Shown here: one piece after another, positions 39,385 to 48,815 of the stretch
Layout of the letters: every line of letters starts with the position of its first letter
How positions within the stretch are numbered: the first letter of the stretch is position 1
Notes under the pieces: model-generated
Database searches by the model: none
Told to the model about the DNA's origin: nothing
The model's input: the letters and a program-made list of their open reading frames with translations, nothing else
Assembly: GCA_943355005.1 (NCBI GenBank)
Contig: CALRDV010000002.1
Span: 64,397 to 128,396, forward strand
Source of the DNA: Patescibacteria group bacterium
Lineage (GTDB): Bacteria; Patescibacteriota; Microgenomatia; UBA1400; MFAQ01
Direction: 5' to 3'
Length of the DNA stretch: 64,000 nt
Made by a program: the position numbers and the translations under genes

Positions 39385-40075
39385 AAAAAATCTTAGTTTC
39401 CGGAACGCCCTTTTCCTTCAACTTCTTATCTGTTTCATTAATCATTTCCGGAGAACCACAAAGATAGTTTAGGTTGTTTTCCCAATTTTGCTGAAGACGA
39501 TCAATTACCACCCCCACATGGCCTTTAAATCCCGGCCAGTCTGGTCCAGGTTTTGACAACACCACATCAATTTTAAAATTATCAAAATCACGATTGATAT
39601 TATCCAACTCCTTTAACCAATACAAATCATCTTCAAACCTCATTCCCCAAATAAGCCTCACTTCTCCCATAAAATGTTTTTTATACAGAAGGTCTTCTAT
39701 CATTGGTTTAAATGGCGCAATACCCGTTCCGGTAGCCACAAATAATAGTTGCTTGGCGTCTAAAAGTAGCATTGAATCTACCGTAAACTTGCCCAAAAAT
39801 CCGAGCACTTCGACAGCATCTCCGATTTTTAGACTCAAGATAAATTTGGAACCCACCCCCATCGGACTCACATCCACCAGCAAATCTATCGACTTTCCGC
39901 CTGGCAAACTTGCAACAGAATAAGACCGCCTCATCCCATCTTCACTCACTTTGATACTTGCATATTGACCTGGGATATATCCAACCTCTTCATCGAAGCA
40001 AATTCGAACAAGCCAAATATTTCCGGCTAAATTCTCCTTATACTCTACCTTCCCAACCATTTTTCTTGGTGCCAT
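39368..40075 (-). CDS. FAD/NAD(P)-binding oxidoreductase (FNR-like)
   Basis: PGQY, RSYSVAS, ATGTGIAP, YLCGSP, EKF. Confidence 0.9.
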   Translation of the reverse strand: MAPRKMVGKVEYKENLAGNIWLVRICFDEEVGYIPGQYASIKVSEDGMRRSYSVASLPGGKSIDLLVDVSPMGVGSKFILSLKIGDAVEVLGFLGKFTVDSMLLLDAKQLLFVATGTGIAPFKPMIEDLLYKKHFMGEVRLIWGMRFEDDLYWLKELDNINRDFDNFKIDVVLSKPGPDWPGFKGHVGVVIDRLQQNWENNLNYLCGSPEMINETDKKLKEKGVPETKIFYEKFF

Positions 40076-40081
40076 ATTATT

Positions 40082-40771
40082 TTATCTACTTACAATTAAA
40101 TAGCCAACAATTATTAGAGCAACACCCAATAGGAATCTCATCCATTTTGTATTTTTATGCTCCCACTCTTTCATATCCACTACCTGTTTACCCTCCCCCA
40201 TAGCTAAAAGTATTACCAGAAGAGGCGTAATAAAAACCAAGTTGTAATAAAGAAATAATCCCAATACTTGAGCCATTGGCAGTCCAGACCTTGCGATAAC
40301 AGCCGTAGTTCCAATATACAAAGGCATCATGCAAGGGGTAGCAAATACGGTAGTCAAGAAACCGATAAGTGCCGCCACTCCCACACTAGTCTTAGCCATC
40401 AATTTGTTTATTTTTTCAAAACCAACCTTCGGCATTCTCAAATGAATTGGTAAGTCTTGCCAAAAAACGTCCTTTAGTTGAATAAAACCGGCAACCATAA
40501 TTGCTCCACCAATTACATACTTAAAAACACCTGCCAACCACCATCGCTGCAAATAATAAGCAGCACTATAAAAAGCCAACCCGAGGAGAAGATAGGTCAC
40601 AAAGACACTTAGTATATAAACCAACCCAATTTTATAAATCCATTTCTTGTCCTTACTCCTTCCACCAAACACTAACAAATATCCCAAAAAGGTAATCAAC
40701 ATTCCTATACCACATGGATTCAAGCCATTGGCCAATGCTGTTGCCGTTAATACCGGAATGCTTATTTGCAT
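40082..40771 (-). CDS. CcdA/DsbD-like transmembrane electron-transfer protein
   Basis: About 6 TM with NPC and TPC cysteines; adjacent to a DsbA-like gene. Confidence 0.75.
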   Translation of the reverse strand: MQISIPVLTATALANGLNPCGIGMLITFLGYLLVFGGRSKDKKWIYKIGLVYILSVFVTYLLLGLAFYSAAYYLQRWWLAGVFKYVIGGAIMVAGFIQLKDVFWQDLPIHLRMPKVGFEKINKLMAKTSVGVAALIGFLTTVFATPCMMPLYIGTTAVIARSGLPMAQVLGLFLYYNLVFITPLLVILLAMGEGKQVVDMKEWEHKNTKWMRFLLGVALIIVGYLIVSR

Positions 40772-40772
40772 A

Positions 40773-41408
40773 TTATTTCCCTTCTAATAGCTGCTTAACT
40801 TTATCAACGACAAATGGAGAGCCAACTTGTTCCCCATTGACAAAAAACGTTGGTGTTCCGGAAAGCCTAAGCGAATCAGCAAGTCTTGCGTCTATCGAAA
40901 CAAAATCGGAAACCTCACTTGATTTTAACTTTTCCTTAAATATTTTTTCATCCAAACCGAGGCTCTTCGCGTAACCGGCAAATAGATCTTCGGGTTTGCT
41001 GGAGCCGGACCACTCTTCTTGTTTTTCAAACATCAAACTCATCATCTCCCATCCTTTTCCAAGAACTCTTCCTGCTTCTACCGCTTTTGCTGAAATAAGC
41101 GCATATTTATGAACATTCGCAGGCAAGGGATAATGCCTCATCACAATTTTTACCCCTGGCATATCAAAAAGCTCTTTAGTTGCAATCTCTGCCGCCTTAC
41201 AAGATGGACACTGAATGTCTGAGAACTTAACCACCGTTACCTTTGTTTCTCCATTTTCTTTTACAAACCTAGCCCCATCAGTCAAAATCTTTTCATCTAC
41301 CTTAAGCTCCCCACCCGGCCCGGACATTTTTGACAAGCCCCAAATTATAAGTAGCAGTAGGACTGCACTTCCTATCGTAACTTTTAGTATCAATTTCCAA
41401 TCATTCAT
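40773..41408 (-). CDS. DsbA-family thioredoxin-fold protein
   Basis: FSDIQCPSC, RHYPL, GTPTFFVNG. Confidence 0.9.
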   Translation of the reverse strand: MNDWKLILKVTIGSAVLLLLIIWGLSKMSGPGGELKVDEKILTDGARFVKENGETKVTVVKFSDIQCPSCKAAEIATKELFDMPGVKIVMRHYPLPANVHKYALISAKAVEAGRVLGKGWEMMSLMFEKQEEWSGSSKPEDLFAGYAKSLGLDEKIFKEKLKSSEVSDFVSIDARLADSLRLSGTPTFFVNGEQVGSPFVVDKVKQLLEGK

Positions 41409-41416
41409 AGTTTTTT

Positions 41417-41581
41417 GTCATTTCGACCGAAGTGGAGAAATCCCCCTCCACCATTGTCATTCCCGACCTGATCGGGAATCTATATAAATAAATTCTAATT
41501 ACTTTGTCATTCTGACCGAGTACTCGAGTGGAGGAATCTCCCTCCACCGTCATTGCGAAGCACGTAGTGCTGTGGCAATCC
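41417..41581 (+). repeat. cluster of four GTCATT...AATC palindromic (REP/RPE-like) elements
   Basis: Units at 41417-41442, 41456-41480, 41506-41538 and 41549-41581. Confidence 0.85.
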
Positions 41582-41584
41582 AGG

Positions 41585-42025
41585 CTAGTCATTACTATCA
41601 AATATCTTCAATAATGCTCTGTACGCGAGTGTAGCACATTTCATTCTACCTGGATTTATCTCCCCACCCAAAAGATCTACAATACCTGCTTCTCCAAATT
41701 TTTCCAAATCATCTTTACTCATCCCCACCACTTTTTCGGAAAGCATGCTGGCGGAAGCAGTAGAAATTGCACATCCTACTCCTTGCCACTTCATCTCCAT
41801 AATTACCTTTTCGTCATTGCGAGGAACGGAGTGACGTGGCAATCCAGGCTCATTTTTGTCATTCCGGGCTTGACCCGGAATCCATCCGGAAAATTTCACC
41901 TGTATCCGAATCATATCCCCACACGATGCATTCGACTCATCCATACTCACATCGGCATCATCAAGCGTCCCGAAATTCCTGGGATTTTTATAATGATCAA
42001 TGATTGTATCTTTGTAATCACTCAT
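41585..42025 (-). CDS. sufU: SufU/IscU-type Fe-S scaffold protein carrying an in-frame repeat insertion
   Basis: IIDHYKNPRNFG, CGD, GCAISTASAS, RMKCA. Extra peptide WIPGQARNDKNEPGLPRHSVPRND. Confidence 0.9.
   Translation of the reverse strand: MSDYKDTIIDHYKNPRNFGTLDDADVSMDESNASCGDMIRIQVKFSGWIPGQARNDKNEPGLPRHSVPRNDEKVIMEMKWQGVGCAISTASASMLSEKVVGMSKDDLEKFGEAGIVDLLGGEINPGRMKCATLAYRALLKIFDSND
41813..41883 (+). repeat. two GTCATT...AATCC palindromic elements inside sufU
   Basis: 41813-41845 and 41858-41883; same family as the intergenic copies. Confidence 0.88.
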
Positions 42026-42026
42026 A

Positions 42027-42668
42027 TTATTTGATTATTTCCACTATCTTATCGCCTATATGTATTGCAGATCCACCAAGGTGACCGTTATTATTACCCT
42101 TTATTATAAGTTTATTATTCTTTATTATAAAACCAATTTCCCTGCCAACACCTCCAAATCCAAAATCAAGCGGATACATTCCAAGTTCTATTTTATCTAT
42201 TGATATTGGCTTATTACAGAGATATTCACTATTCACTCCAGCCCTTCTTGCAAATACTTCATCGCTTAGGTGTTCACCAAGAATATTCCTTTCTTCAATT
42301 TCAAGCATCTCCAACAACTCTTCAGCATCTTCTTTAGGAATATAAAAAATGTTATCTTTTACAAATTGAAATTTCCAATAACCATTTTTATCATTTTGAA
42401 CTCTAGCAACGCCATCATTTGTCTGAAAATAAATGGACCCTCTATCTGTTTTAAATACATGTTTGAACTTCGATTTTTCAGATATTAAAGTGTCTATTTC
42501 TTTTTGCATCTCCTCCTGTCTCAAATCTAGATTAACTTTATCATCAAGAGCTATGTGTTTTGCCAAAAACACTTTTTTTAATCTATCAGAAATTTCTTCA
42601 ATCTTGTATGCTTCTACCCCAATATCTTCTACCTCATTTTTTTCAACCGGTTTATCCATATTACGCAA
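42027..42668 (-). CDS. hypothetical protein within the suf operon
   Basis: AT-rich ORF tightly packed between sufS and sufU. Confidence 0.7.
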   Translation of the reverse strand: MRNMDKPVEKNEVEDIGVEAYKIEEISDRLKKVFLAKHIALDDKVNLDLRQEEMQKEIDTLISEKSKFKHVFKTDRGSIYFQTNDGVARVQNDKNGYWKFQFVKDNIFYIPKEDAEELLEMLEIEERNILGEHLSDEVFARRAGVNSEYLCNKPISIDKIELGMYPLDFGFGGVGREIGFIIKNNKLIIKGNNNGHLGGSAIHIGDKIVEIIK

Positions 42669-43947
42669 ATACTTTTGGTACTTCTCTGATTTTCTCGATC
42701 AAGTAATCAATTTCGGCTTTAGTATTGTATACATAGAAAGTAGCACGGACCATAGCCGGTACTCCAAAGCCTGTTACCAGTGGCGCCGCGCAGTGTTGAC
42801 CGCTTCTAACCGCGATTCCAAAGTTATCTAAAATCTGAGCCGCATCATGTGGGTGAACTCCGACGACATTAAAAGCCAGAGCCCCACCCCTATCCTCCAC
42901 GTCTCTCGGACCATAAATTACCACCAAACCCTCTTTTTCCAAAACAGACATTTTTTCCAAAGCATATTTAATTAGCTCTTTCTCATGTTGTCTTACATCG
43001 TCCATTCCCAACTTCTCCAAATAGTCCACCGCTTCTCCCAGCCCAATAATCCCGGCGATGTCCGGTGTTCCGGCTTCAAATCTACTTGGCAAATCTGCCC
43101 ATGTCGATCCGGTAATTTTTACTTCACCAATCATGTCTCCCCCAAATAGAAACGGTCTCATCTTAGACAATATTTCTTTCTTTCCCCAAAGCACTCCCGT
43201 ACCCGTTGGACCCATCATCTTGTGTCCGGAAAAAGCTACAAAATCCGCTCCCAAAGTTTTTACATCCACCTTCATATGAGGCACCATCTGAGAAGCGTCC
43301 ACCAAAACCGTAACCTCGGGTGATTTTGATTTGATCGTTTTGATCATACCGGTCACATCAGGCAAAGTCCCCAAAACATTTGATGCTCCGGTGACAGCAA
43401 ACAGTTTTACTTTTTCATCCACCAACTTATCAAAACTGCCCAGCTTTACGTTAAGTCCGCTTTCTTCGAAGCTTTGCTCTTCAGCTCCGGATATTTTTAA
43501 TTTTCCTTCAGCATCTACGTCGATAATCCTCAGCTCAGCTCCGGTTTCTCGACAGAGTTCTTGCCAAGGTACCAGATTTGAATGGTGCTCCAGTTTACTG
43601 ACAAGCACGGCATCTCCCACCTTAACATTATCTTTACCCCAAGAATACATCACTAGATTCAAACTTTCACTGGCATTTCTGGTAAAAATTATTTCTTCAT
43701 TTCTAGCCCCAATGAACTCAGCCACTTTCCCTCTAGCTTCATCCACCAATCTCGTTGACTCTACAGAAAGCTCGTAAACCCCTCTGTGGATATTAGCATT
43801 GGTATTTCTATAAAAATCATCCATGGCTTTTATGACACTCTCGGGCTTTTGGCTCGTCGCCCCACTATCCAAGAAGACCAAATCATGACCATGAATTTTT
43901 CTCTTTAATATCGGAAAGTCTTTTCTTATTTCTTCAACATCAAACAT
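42661..43947 (-). CDS. sufS: cysteine desulfurase SufS
   Basis: LDSGATSQKP, EHHSN, SGHKM, RSGQHCA. Confidence 0.95.
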   Translation of the reverse strand: MFDVEEIRKDFPILKRKIHGHDLVFLDSGATSQKPESVIKAMDDFYRNTNANIHRGVYELSVESTRLVDEARGKVAEFIGARNEEIIFTRNASESLNLVMYSWGKDNVKVGDAVLVSKLEHHSNLVPWQELCRETGAELRIIDVDAEGKLKISGAEEQSFEESGLNVKLGSFDKLVDEKVKLFAVTGASNVLGTLPDVTGMIKTIKSKSPEVTVLVDASQMVPHMKVDVKTLGADFVAFSGHKMMGPTGTGVLWGKKEILSKMRPFLFGGDMIGEVKITGSTWADLPSRFEAGTPDIAGIIGLGEAVDYLEKLGMDDVRQHEKELIKYALEKMSVLEKEGLVVIYGPRDVEDRGGALAFNVVGVHPHDAAQILDNFGIAVRSGQHCAAPLVTGFGVPAMVRATFYVYNTKAEIDYLIEKIREVPKVFA

Positions 43948-43952
43948 ATCCT

Positions 43953-44435
43953 TTATTTTACCCCCTCAACCTCTTTTAAGAACCCCTCAACAATCAATTT
44001 TTTAGCTTCATCCAATTCAATTCCTCTACTCGCCATATAGAATAGTTGCTCATCATCTATTTTTCCAACCGTGGCTGCATGCGAAGCTTTAACATCATTA
44101 TTTTCAATCTCCAATTTTGGTTCGGCCACCGCACTGCTTTTTTTATCCAAAAGTAAGATTCTCATTTCCAAGAAACTATCCGTCTTTCTGGCATTTTTCC
44201 CAATTTTCACCATTCCGTCTACGACAACCCTAGCTCCGTTAGCCGCGACTCCTTTGATTACTATTCTGCCAAATGTATTTGTAGCTTGGTGATCAGACAC
44301 CACCTTTACCTTATAGTCACCGGGTTCCATGGCTGAAATCACTCCCAACACTTCTTGTTCTTCATGGGTTTCCAGAAATGGCACCACCAAGTCTATTTCC
44401 CCCGGTTTATCCAATTTAAATCTTTGTATTTTCAT
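43953..44435 (-). CDS. sufD: short SufD-like protein
   Basis: PKLEIENNDVKASHAATVG..DDEQLFYMASRGI. Confidence 0.85.
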   Translation of the reverse strand: MKIQRFKLDKPGEIDLVVPFLETHEEQEVLGVISAMEPGDYKVKVVSDHQATNTFGRIVIKGVAANGARVVVDGMVKIGKNARKTDSFLEMRILLLDKKSSAVAEPKLEIENNDVKASHAATVGKIDDEQLFYMASRGIELDEAKKLIVEGFLKEVEGVK

Positions 44436-44458
44436 CTGATTGTATTTTCTTTGTTTTT

Positions 44459-44495
44459 ATTGTCATTCCCGACCTGATCGGGAATCTATATAAAT
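44459..44495 (+). repeat. palindromic element, 37-bp exact copy of 41453-41489
   Basis: ATTGTCATTCCCGACCTGATCGGGAATCTATATAAAT at both sites. Confidence 0.9.
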
Positions 44496-44503
44496 TATTC
44501 CAA

Positions 44504-45916
44504 TTAACCAACCGACCCTTCCATCTCTAGCTCTACCAATCTATTCATTTCTACGGCGTACTCCAAAGGAATTTCTTTGACTACCGGCTCCATAAATCCA
44601 TTTACAATCATCGTACTAGCCTCATCAGCCGTAATTCCTCTACTTTGTAAATACAAAAGTTGTTCTTCACTAACTCTACTTACGGTCGCTTCATGTTCCA
44701 GCACCACATCATTTTCTTGAATCTTATTTACCGGATAAGTATCAGACCGACTTTTTTCGTCGAGAATCAATGCGTCACAAACTACCTTAGACCTGCTCCC
44801 CCAAGCTCCGGGAACCATATGAACAATTCCCCGATAAGTCGCCCTTCCACCATTTTTACTTATAGATTTACTAATTATTTGCGAAGTCGTCTCAGGAGCC
44901 AGATGAATCATCTTTGCTCCGGTATCCTGGTGTTGCCCTTCACCCGCCCAAGCAATCGACAGTACTTCTCCATGAGCCCTTCTTCCTACCAAAACACACG
45001 AAGGATATTTCATCGTTAATTTGGACCCCAAATTACCGTCTACCCAGCGCATCTCAGCATCTTCCTCCACTCTAGCTCTTTTAGTCACCAAGTTGTAAAC
45101 ATTTTTAAACCAATTTTGAACAGTGGAATATTGGACCTTAGCTTTTTTCTTTACATAAATTTCTACCACGGCCGCATGAAGTGATGCCGAAGAGAATGCC
45201 GGAGCAGAACACCCTTCGATGTAGTGCATCTTACTACCCTCTTCGGCAATGATAAGTGTTCTTTCAAACTGTCCTGCATTCTCCGTATTAATCCTAAAAT
45301 ATGCTTGCAAAGGAAGTCCTACGTCAACATTTTTGGGTACATACACAAATGATCCACCACTCCAAACAGCGGTATTTAACGCTGCCAATTTATTATCTCC
45401 CATAGGAATCACTTTTCCAAAATGTTCTTTTACTATCTCAGGATATTGTTTCAGTCCCTCATCCATCGACAGGAAAATTACACCCTTTTCGGCCAAAGCT
45501 TTCTTGAGTGAACCATAAACCACTTCCGAATCGTATTGCCCCTTTACTCCAGCCAACATTTCTCTCTCGGCTTCTGGTACTCCAATCTTTTCAAAGGTGT
45601 TTTTAATCGCCTCCGGCACATCTTCCCAAGATTTTGCATCCTGAGTTTTTGGTCGGACGTAATAATGTATATCTTCAAAATCAATGGGGGATAAATCTCC
45701 ACCCCAAGCCGGCATAGGCATTTCTCTGTATTTTTTTAAAGCTTTTAAGCGAATTTCCAACATCCATTCAGGCTCTTCTTTAAGCGATGAAATCTTTCGT
45801 ACCAGCTCTTCATTCAGCCCTTTATCGGAAGTAAATGAATACTCTACCTTATCTGTATATCCCAATGGATAAGCTTTATCCTCAAGAAGCTTATTATTGT
45901 CTTGGGCATTACTCAT
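44504..45916 (-). CDS. sufB: Fe-S cluster assembly protein SufB
   Basis: [36 protein letters not shown]. Confidence 0.97.
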   Translation of the reverse strand: MSNAQDNNKLLEDKAYPLGYTDKVEYSFTSDKGLNEELVRKISSLKEEPEWMLEIRLKALKKYREMPMPAWGGDLSPIDFEDIHYYVRPKTQDAKSWEDVPEAIKNTFEKIGVPEAEREMLAGVKGQYDSEVVYGSLKKALAEKGVIFLSMDEGLKQYPEIVKEHFGKVIPMGDNKLAALNTAVWSGGSFVYVPKNVDVGLPLQAYFRINTENAGQFERTLIIAEEGSKMHYIEGCSAPAFSSASLHAAVVEIYVKKKAKVQYSTVQNWFKNVYNLVTKRARVEEDAEMRWVDGNLGSKLTMKYPSCVLVGRRAHGEVLSIAWAGEGQHQDTGAKMIHLAPETTSQIISKSISKNGGRATYRGIVHMVPGAWGSRSKVVCDALILDEKSRSDTYPVNKIQENDVVLEHEATVSRVSEEQLLYLQSRGITADEASTMIVNGFMEPVVKEIPLEYAVEMNRLVELEMEGSVG

Positions 45917-46634
45917 ATGATTTATAGCCCTCGACTTCTAGTTTATCTACGATTTCTCTACCACCCTCATCCACCACCTCACCCGTCTTTAAAATCACCA
46001 CCTTATCAGGCTCTAGATACTTCAGAAGTCTTTGATAGTGTGTAATTACCAGCACACTCATGCGGGTTTCTTCGACCATTTCTTTAACATTTGTAGCAAT
46101 GAGAGCCAGAGCATCAATATCTAGCCCCGAGTCCACTTCATCGAGTACCAAGAGTTTTGGTCTCAAAACTCTCATTTGTAAGATTTCAAATTTTTTCTTT
46201 TCACCACCACTAAAACCTTCATTTAGACTTCTATTCAACATTGCCGGTTCAATATGTAACTTCTCACCTTCTTTGGCAATTTGATTTTTCAGGTCAAGTG
46301 CGCTCACTGTCAGCCCTCGACCTCTAAGTGAAGTCAAAAGCAGTTCTCTCACTGTCACCCCGGGAATCGCCAATGGATATTGAAAAGACATCAAAATTCC
46401 CAATTTAGCTCTCTCCTCAGGCTTCATTTCCAAAATACTTTTTCCCTCAAAAAGAATCTCTCCACTTGTCACTTCATACTTAGGATTCCCAATTAGCGCA
46501 TTGGCCAGACTCGACTTTCCGGATCCGTTCGGTCCCATGAGTGCCACTACTTCTCCACTTTTTATCTCAAGATCAACTCCCTTAAGAATCTCTTTTTCTT
46601 CTACTTTTACCTTCAATTTTTTTATATTAAGCAT
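45909..46634 (-). CDS. sufC: Fe-S cluster assembly ATPase SufC
   Basis: [35 protein letters not shown]. Start set at MLNIKK. Confidence 0.96.
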   Translation of the reverse strand: MLNIKKLKVKVEEKEILKGVDLEIKSGEVVALMGPNGSGKSSLANALIGNPKYEVTSGEILFEGKSILEMKPEERAKLGILMSFQYPLAIPGVTVRELLLTSLRGRGLTVSALDLKNQIAKEGEKLHIEPAMLNRSLNEGFSGGEKKKFEILQMRVLRPKLLVLDEVDSGLDIDALALIATNVKEMVEETRMSVLVITHYQRLLKYLEPDKVVILKTGEVVDEGGREIVDKLEVEGYKSYE

Positions 46635-46687
46635 CTTTTTATTCTTCTTTATTTTATCTGTCCCTCGCCATGGCGGGGCCACACAAT

Positions 46688-47080
46688 CTAATTCATAATC
46701 AAATCCGCCAAAGTATATTTCTCCAGCAACTCTTCAATCTGTAAAGTCAATTTATCCATTAGGGTTTGTTGTCCACAGCCACCTTCCATAGGGCAGCTTT
46801 CGCAGTTCACGGGCTCCACTCCACCACCTTCGATCGCTTCAAGAGCTTCTTTTACTTGCACCTCTTTCGGCTCGTAGTTGAGACTAAAGCCTCCACCTTT
46901 TCCTTCTTTGGAGTTCAGTATTCCAGCCTCCACCAGGGATCCCGCAATCTTAGACATAAAAGCTCTAGGCATGCCCATATCACTCAATTCTTTAAGCGAA
47001 ACACGTCCGCCTCTGCCTCTTTGGGCACAAACAGAGAGCAAAGCCATGCCATAATCTGCTTTTTTGGTAAGTGTAAACAT
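46688..47080 (-). CDS. Rrf2-family (IscR-like) regulator heading the suf operon
   Basis: LTKKADYG, SKEGKGGGFSL, CESCPMEGGC. Confidence 0.9.
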   Translation of the reverse strand: MFTLTKKADYGMALLSVCAQRGRGGRVSLKELSDMGMPRAFMSKIAGSLVEAGILNSKEGKGGGFSLNYEPKEVQVKEALEAIEGGGVEPVNCESCPMEGGCGQQTLMDKLTLQIEELLEKYTLADLIMN

Positions 47081-47129
47081 ATACTTGGACTATTATACTC
47101 CAAGTATCATTTCCCAGTCAACAGCCACA

Positions 47130-47543
47130 CTACTGATATTCCCAGACTTCTTTCTCGTTATTAAACTGAGCTACTGTCTCTCCAAAACTTGTCTCATTGT
47201 CTTTAATATGAAAATATTCCTTGGTCAAAACTGTCATTTGCCCACTAAAGACAGGTTCGAAATTACCTGCCACTTGAAATTTATATCTAACCCCCTCCCC
47301 GCCTGCATTAAGCTCTTTCATGGAATCACTTTCAGACTCCAGAGTCCACTCCATAGTTAAAGTCTCACCCCCCTCAGTCATTCTAATGAGACACAGTGTT
47401 AGCCTATCCCCTTCCACAAGTGGAATTAATCCTTCTATATCTTTCTGATTAAAGACTTTTTCCGTATATGGATAATCAACCAGTAATACCTCGACCTTAG
47501 GATTTTCACTGCTTCCGGCGAAGCGCTCCAATTTTTCTGTCAT
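47130..47543 (-). CDS. hypothetical protein
   Basis: 137-aa acidic ORF; TAAAAT 5 nt upstream of the ATG. Confidence 0.6.
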   Translation of the reverse strand: MTEKLERFAGSSENPKVEVLLVDYPYTEKVFNQKDIEGLIPLVEGDRLTLCLIRMTEGGETLTMEWTLESESDSMKELNAGGEGVRYKFQVAGNFEPVFSGQMTVLTKEYFHIKDNETSFGETVAQFNNEKEVWEYQ

Positions 47544-47573
47544 AGCGTATTTTACCCCCTTATCAGCACAACC

Positions 47574-48251
47574 TTAGAACAAACCCATCTGAACTTCCGT
47601 CGGTGCCTTCTCCTCTACCACCACCTCGACGGGATAAGAAAAATCTACTTCTATTTCTCGGTACTCATTCCACCTGTCTTTAAACTTCAGTTTTCCATAT
47701 TTTTTGGCAAAATCATATACTTTTGTCGTTACTTCTACATCCATCTCACAGTATTTTTTAAGGCTAGCTAGACTTTCCGGGTCCCCCATATTCCACCATT
47801 TAACTGCATCCAATCCTCCGGCAATTTTCCCTTGACCAAGGGTTTCCTTAGCCACACTATCCAGTTTTACCCGATGACCAAAGGAAAGCCTAATCATCTC
47901 CAAAATATCGAAATGCTTAAGCTTGGTAAAGTCTCCCTTGGTATATATACCATTCATAGCAGGGTTATCAAAACCAAAAGAGTTGTATCCAATAATCCTA
48001 TCTGCCTCCTCAAACCATGGCCACATTTCTTCAAAAAACAAATTGTTTCCGAAAAGTTTTCCGGCAGCATCCGGAGTCCAAAAACTTTTCATCTCCCCTT
48101 TTACTTCATTATGGTCTCCATCCACCTCTCTTCTATAAACAGATACTATCGATATTCCCAAGTCTGCTGGGTCGTTCCCTACTATCTCATCAAAAATTCT
48201 TTTGGTCTCAATATCGTAAATAACCTCGACTCTATTTCCATTTGTCGTCAT
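47574..48251 (-). CDS. RNase H-like (YprB/DEDD-type) exonuclease domain protein
   Basis: YDIET, IGYNSFGFD, KLDSVA, YCEMDV. Confidence 0.85.
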   Translation of the reverse strand: MTTNGNRVEVIYDIETKRIFDEIVGNDPADLGISIVSVYRREVDGDHNEVKGEMKSFWTPDAAGKLFGNNLFFEEMWPWFEEADRIIGYNSFGFDNPAMNGIYTKGDFTKLKHFDILEMIRLSFGHRVKLDSVAKETLGQGKIAGGLDAVKWWNMGDPESLASLKKYCEMDVEVTTKVYDFAKKYGKLKFKDRWNEYREIEVDFSYPVEVVVEEKAPTEVQMGLF

Positions 48252-48291
48252 AAGTACACTATTTAACCACTAGTCACGATATTTTTCCATC

Positions 48292-48810
48292 TTATCTCTC
48301 CGGCTTCTTTCCTTCCCAAGACATCATTTTATCCTTCAAGAATTTTCCAAAGAAGAAAACCGTCAAACCCATTCCAATTATGGGCAAGTAATACTCCCAA
48401 ATTCCTGCTGCAGGAAGCTCCGAAGTCGCCGGAGTTGCCGTAGGAGTTGCAGTAGGAGTCGCTGCGGCGGTTGCGTTAAACTCGATCGAAAAAGTCAAGG
48501 TTTGAGTTCCGGATGTAATTTCCACTGCACTAACCCCTTTATCTAGCACACCTGGCTTAAACTGCCACGTTCCACTGGGACTCGCGGCCACAGTCGCATC
48601 TGTAGATGTCTTAATTTTTATATAAACAACGGCGGACGGTGAAGCTGTTCCTTGCAAATTTGGAATAGCTCCTGAATAAATCACATTACTATAGTCAACC
48701 CCTATGGTCGATAGCACTCCAATATTTGTCAGAGTGAGATCTTGAGCAAAAACTGCTCCCGCAAACAAAAACAGCATCACTATCCAAATTGAATAAAAGA
48801 GTTTCTTCAT
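48292..48810 (-). CDS. secreted Ig-like protein with PT-rich linker and LPxAG-TM tail
   Basis: Signal peptide, ATPTATPTATPA, ELPAAG, hydrophobic segment, basic tail. Confidence 0.7.
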   Translation of the reverse strand: MKKLFYSIWIVMLFLFAGAVFAQDLTLTNIGVLSTIGVDYSNVIYSGAIPNLQGTASPSAVVYIKIKTSTDATVAASPSGTWQFKPGVLDKGVSAVEITSGTQTLTFSIEFNATAAATPTATPTATPATSELPAAGIWEYYLPIIGMGLTVFFFGKFLKDKMMSWEGKKPER

Positions 48811-48815
48811 TTAAT

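Noticed and set aside
41417-41581. Possible CRISPR array
   Set aside because: Units differ in sequence and length, spacers are too short and irregular, and no cas genes are present. It is a REP/RPE-like cluster.
41401-41601. 66-aa ORF between sufU and dsbA
   Set aside because: It is a translation of four palindromic repeats, with no independent coding evidence.
46635-46682. MAPPWRGTDK extension of SufC
   Set aside because: It derives from a small GC-rich palindrome; SufC homology starts at MLNIKK.
48424-48474. Short tandem repeat (GTAGGAGTTGC-like)
   Set aside because: It encodes the ATPT linker of a surface protein, an ordinary low-complexity coding repeat.
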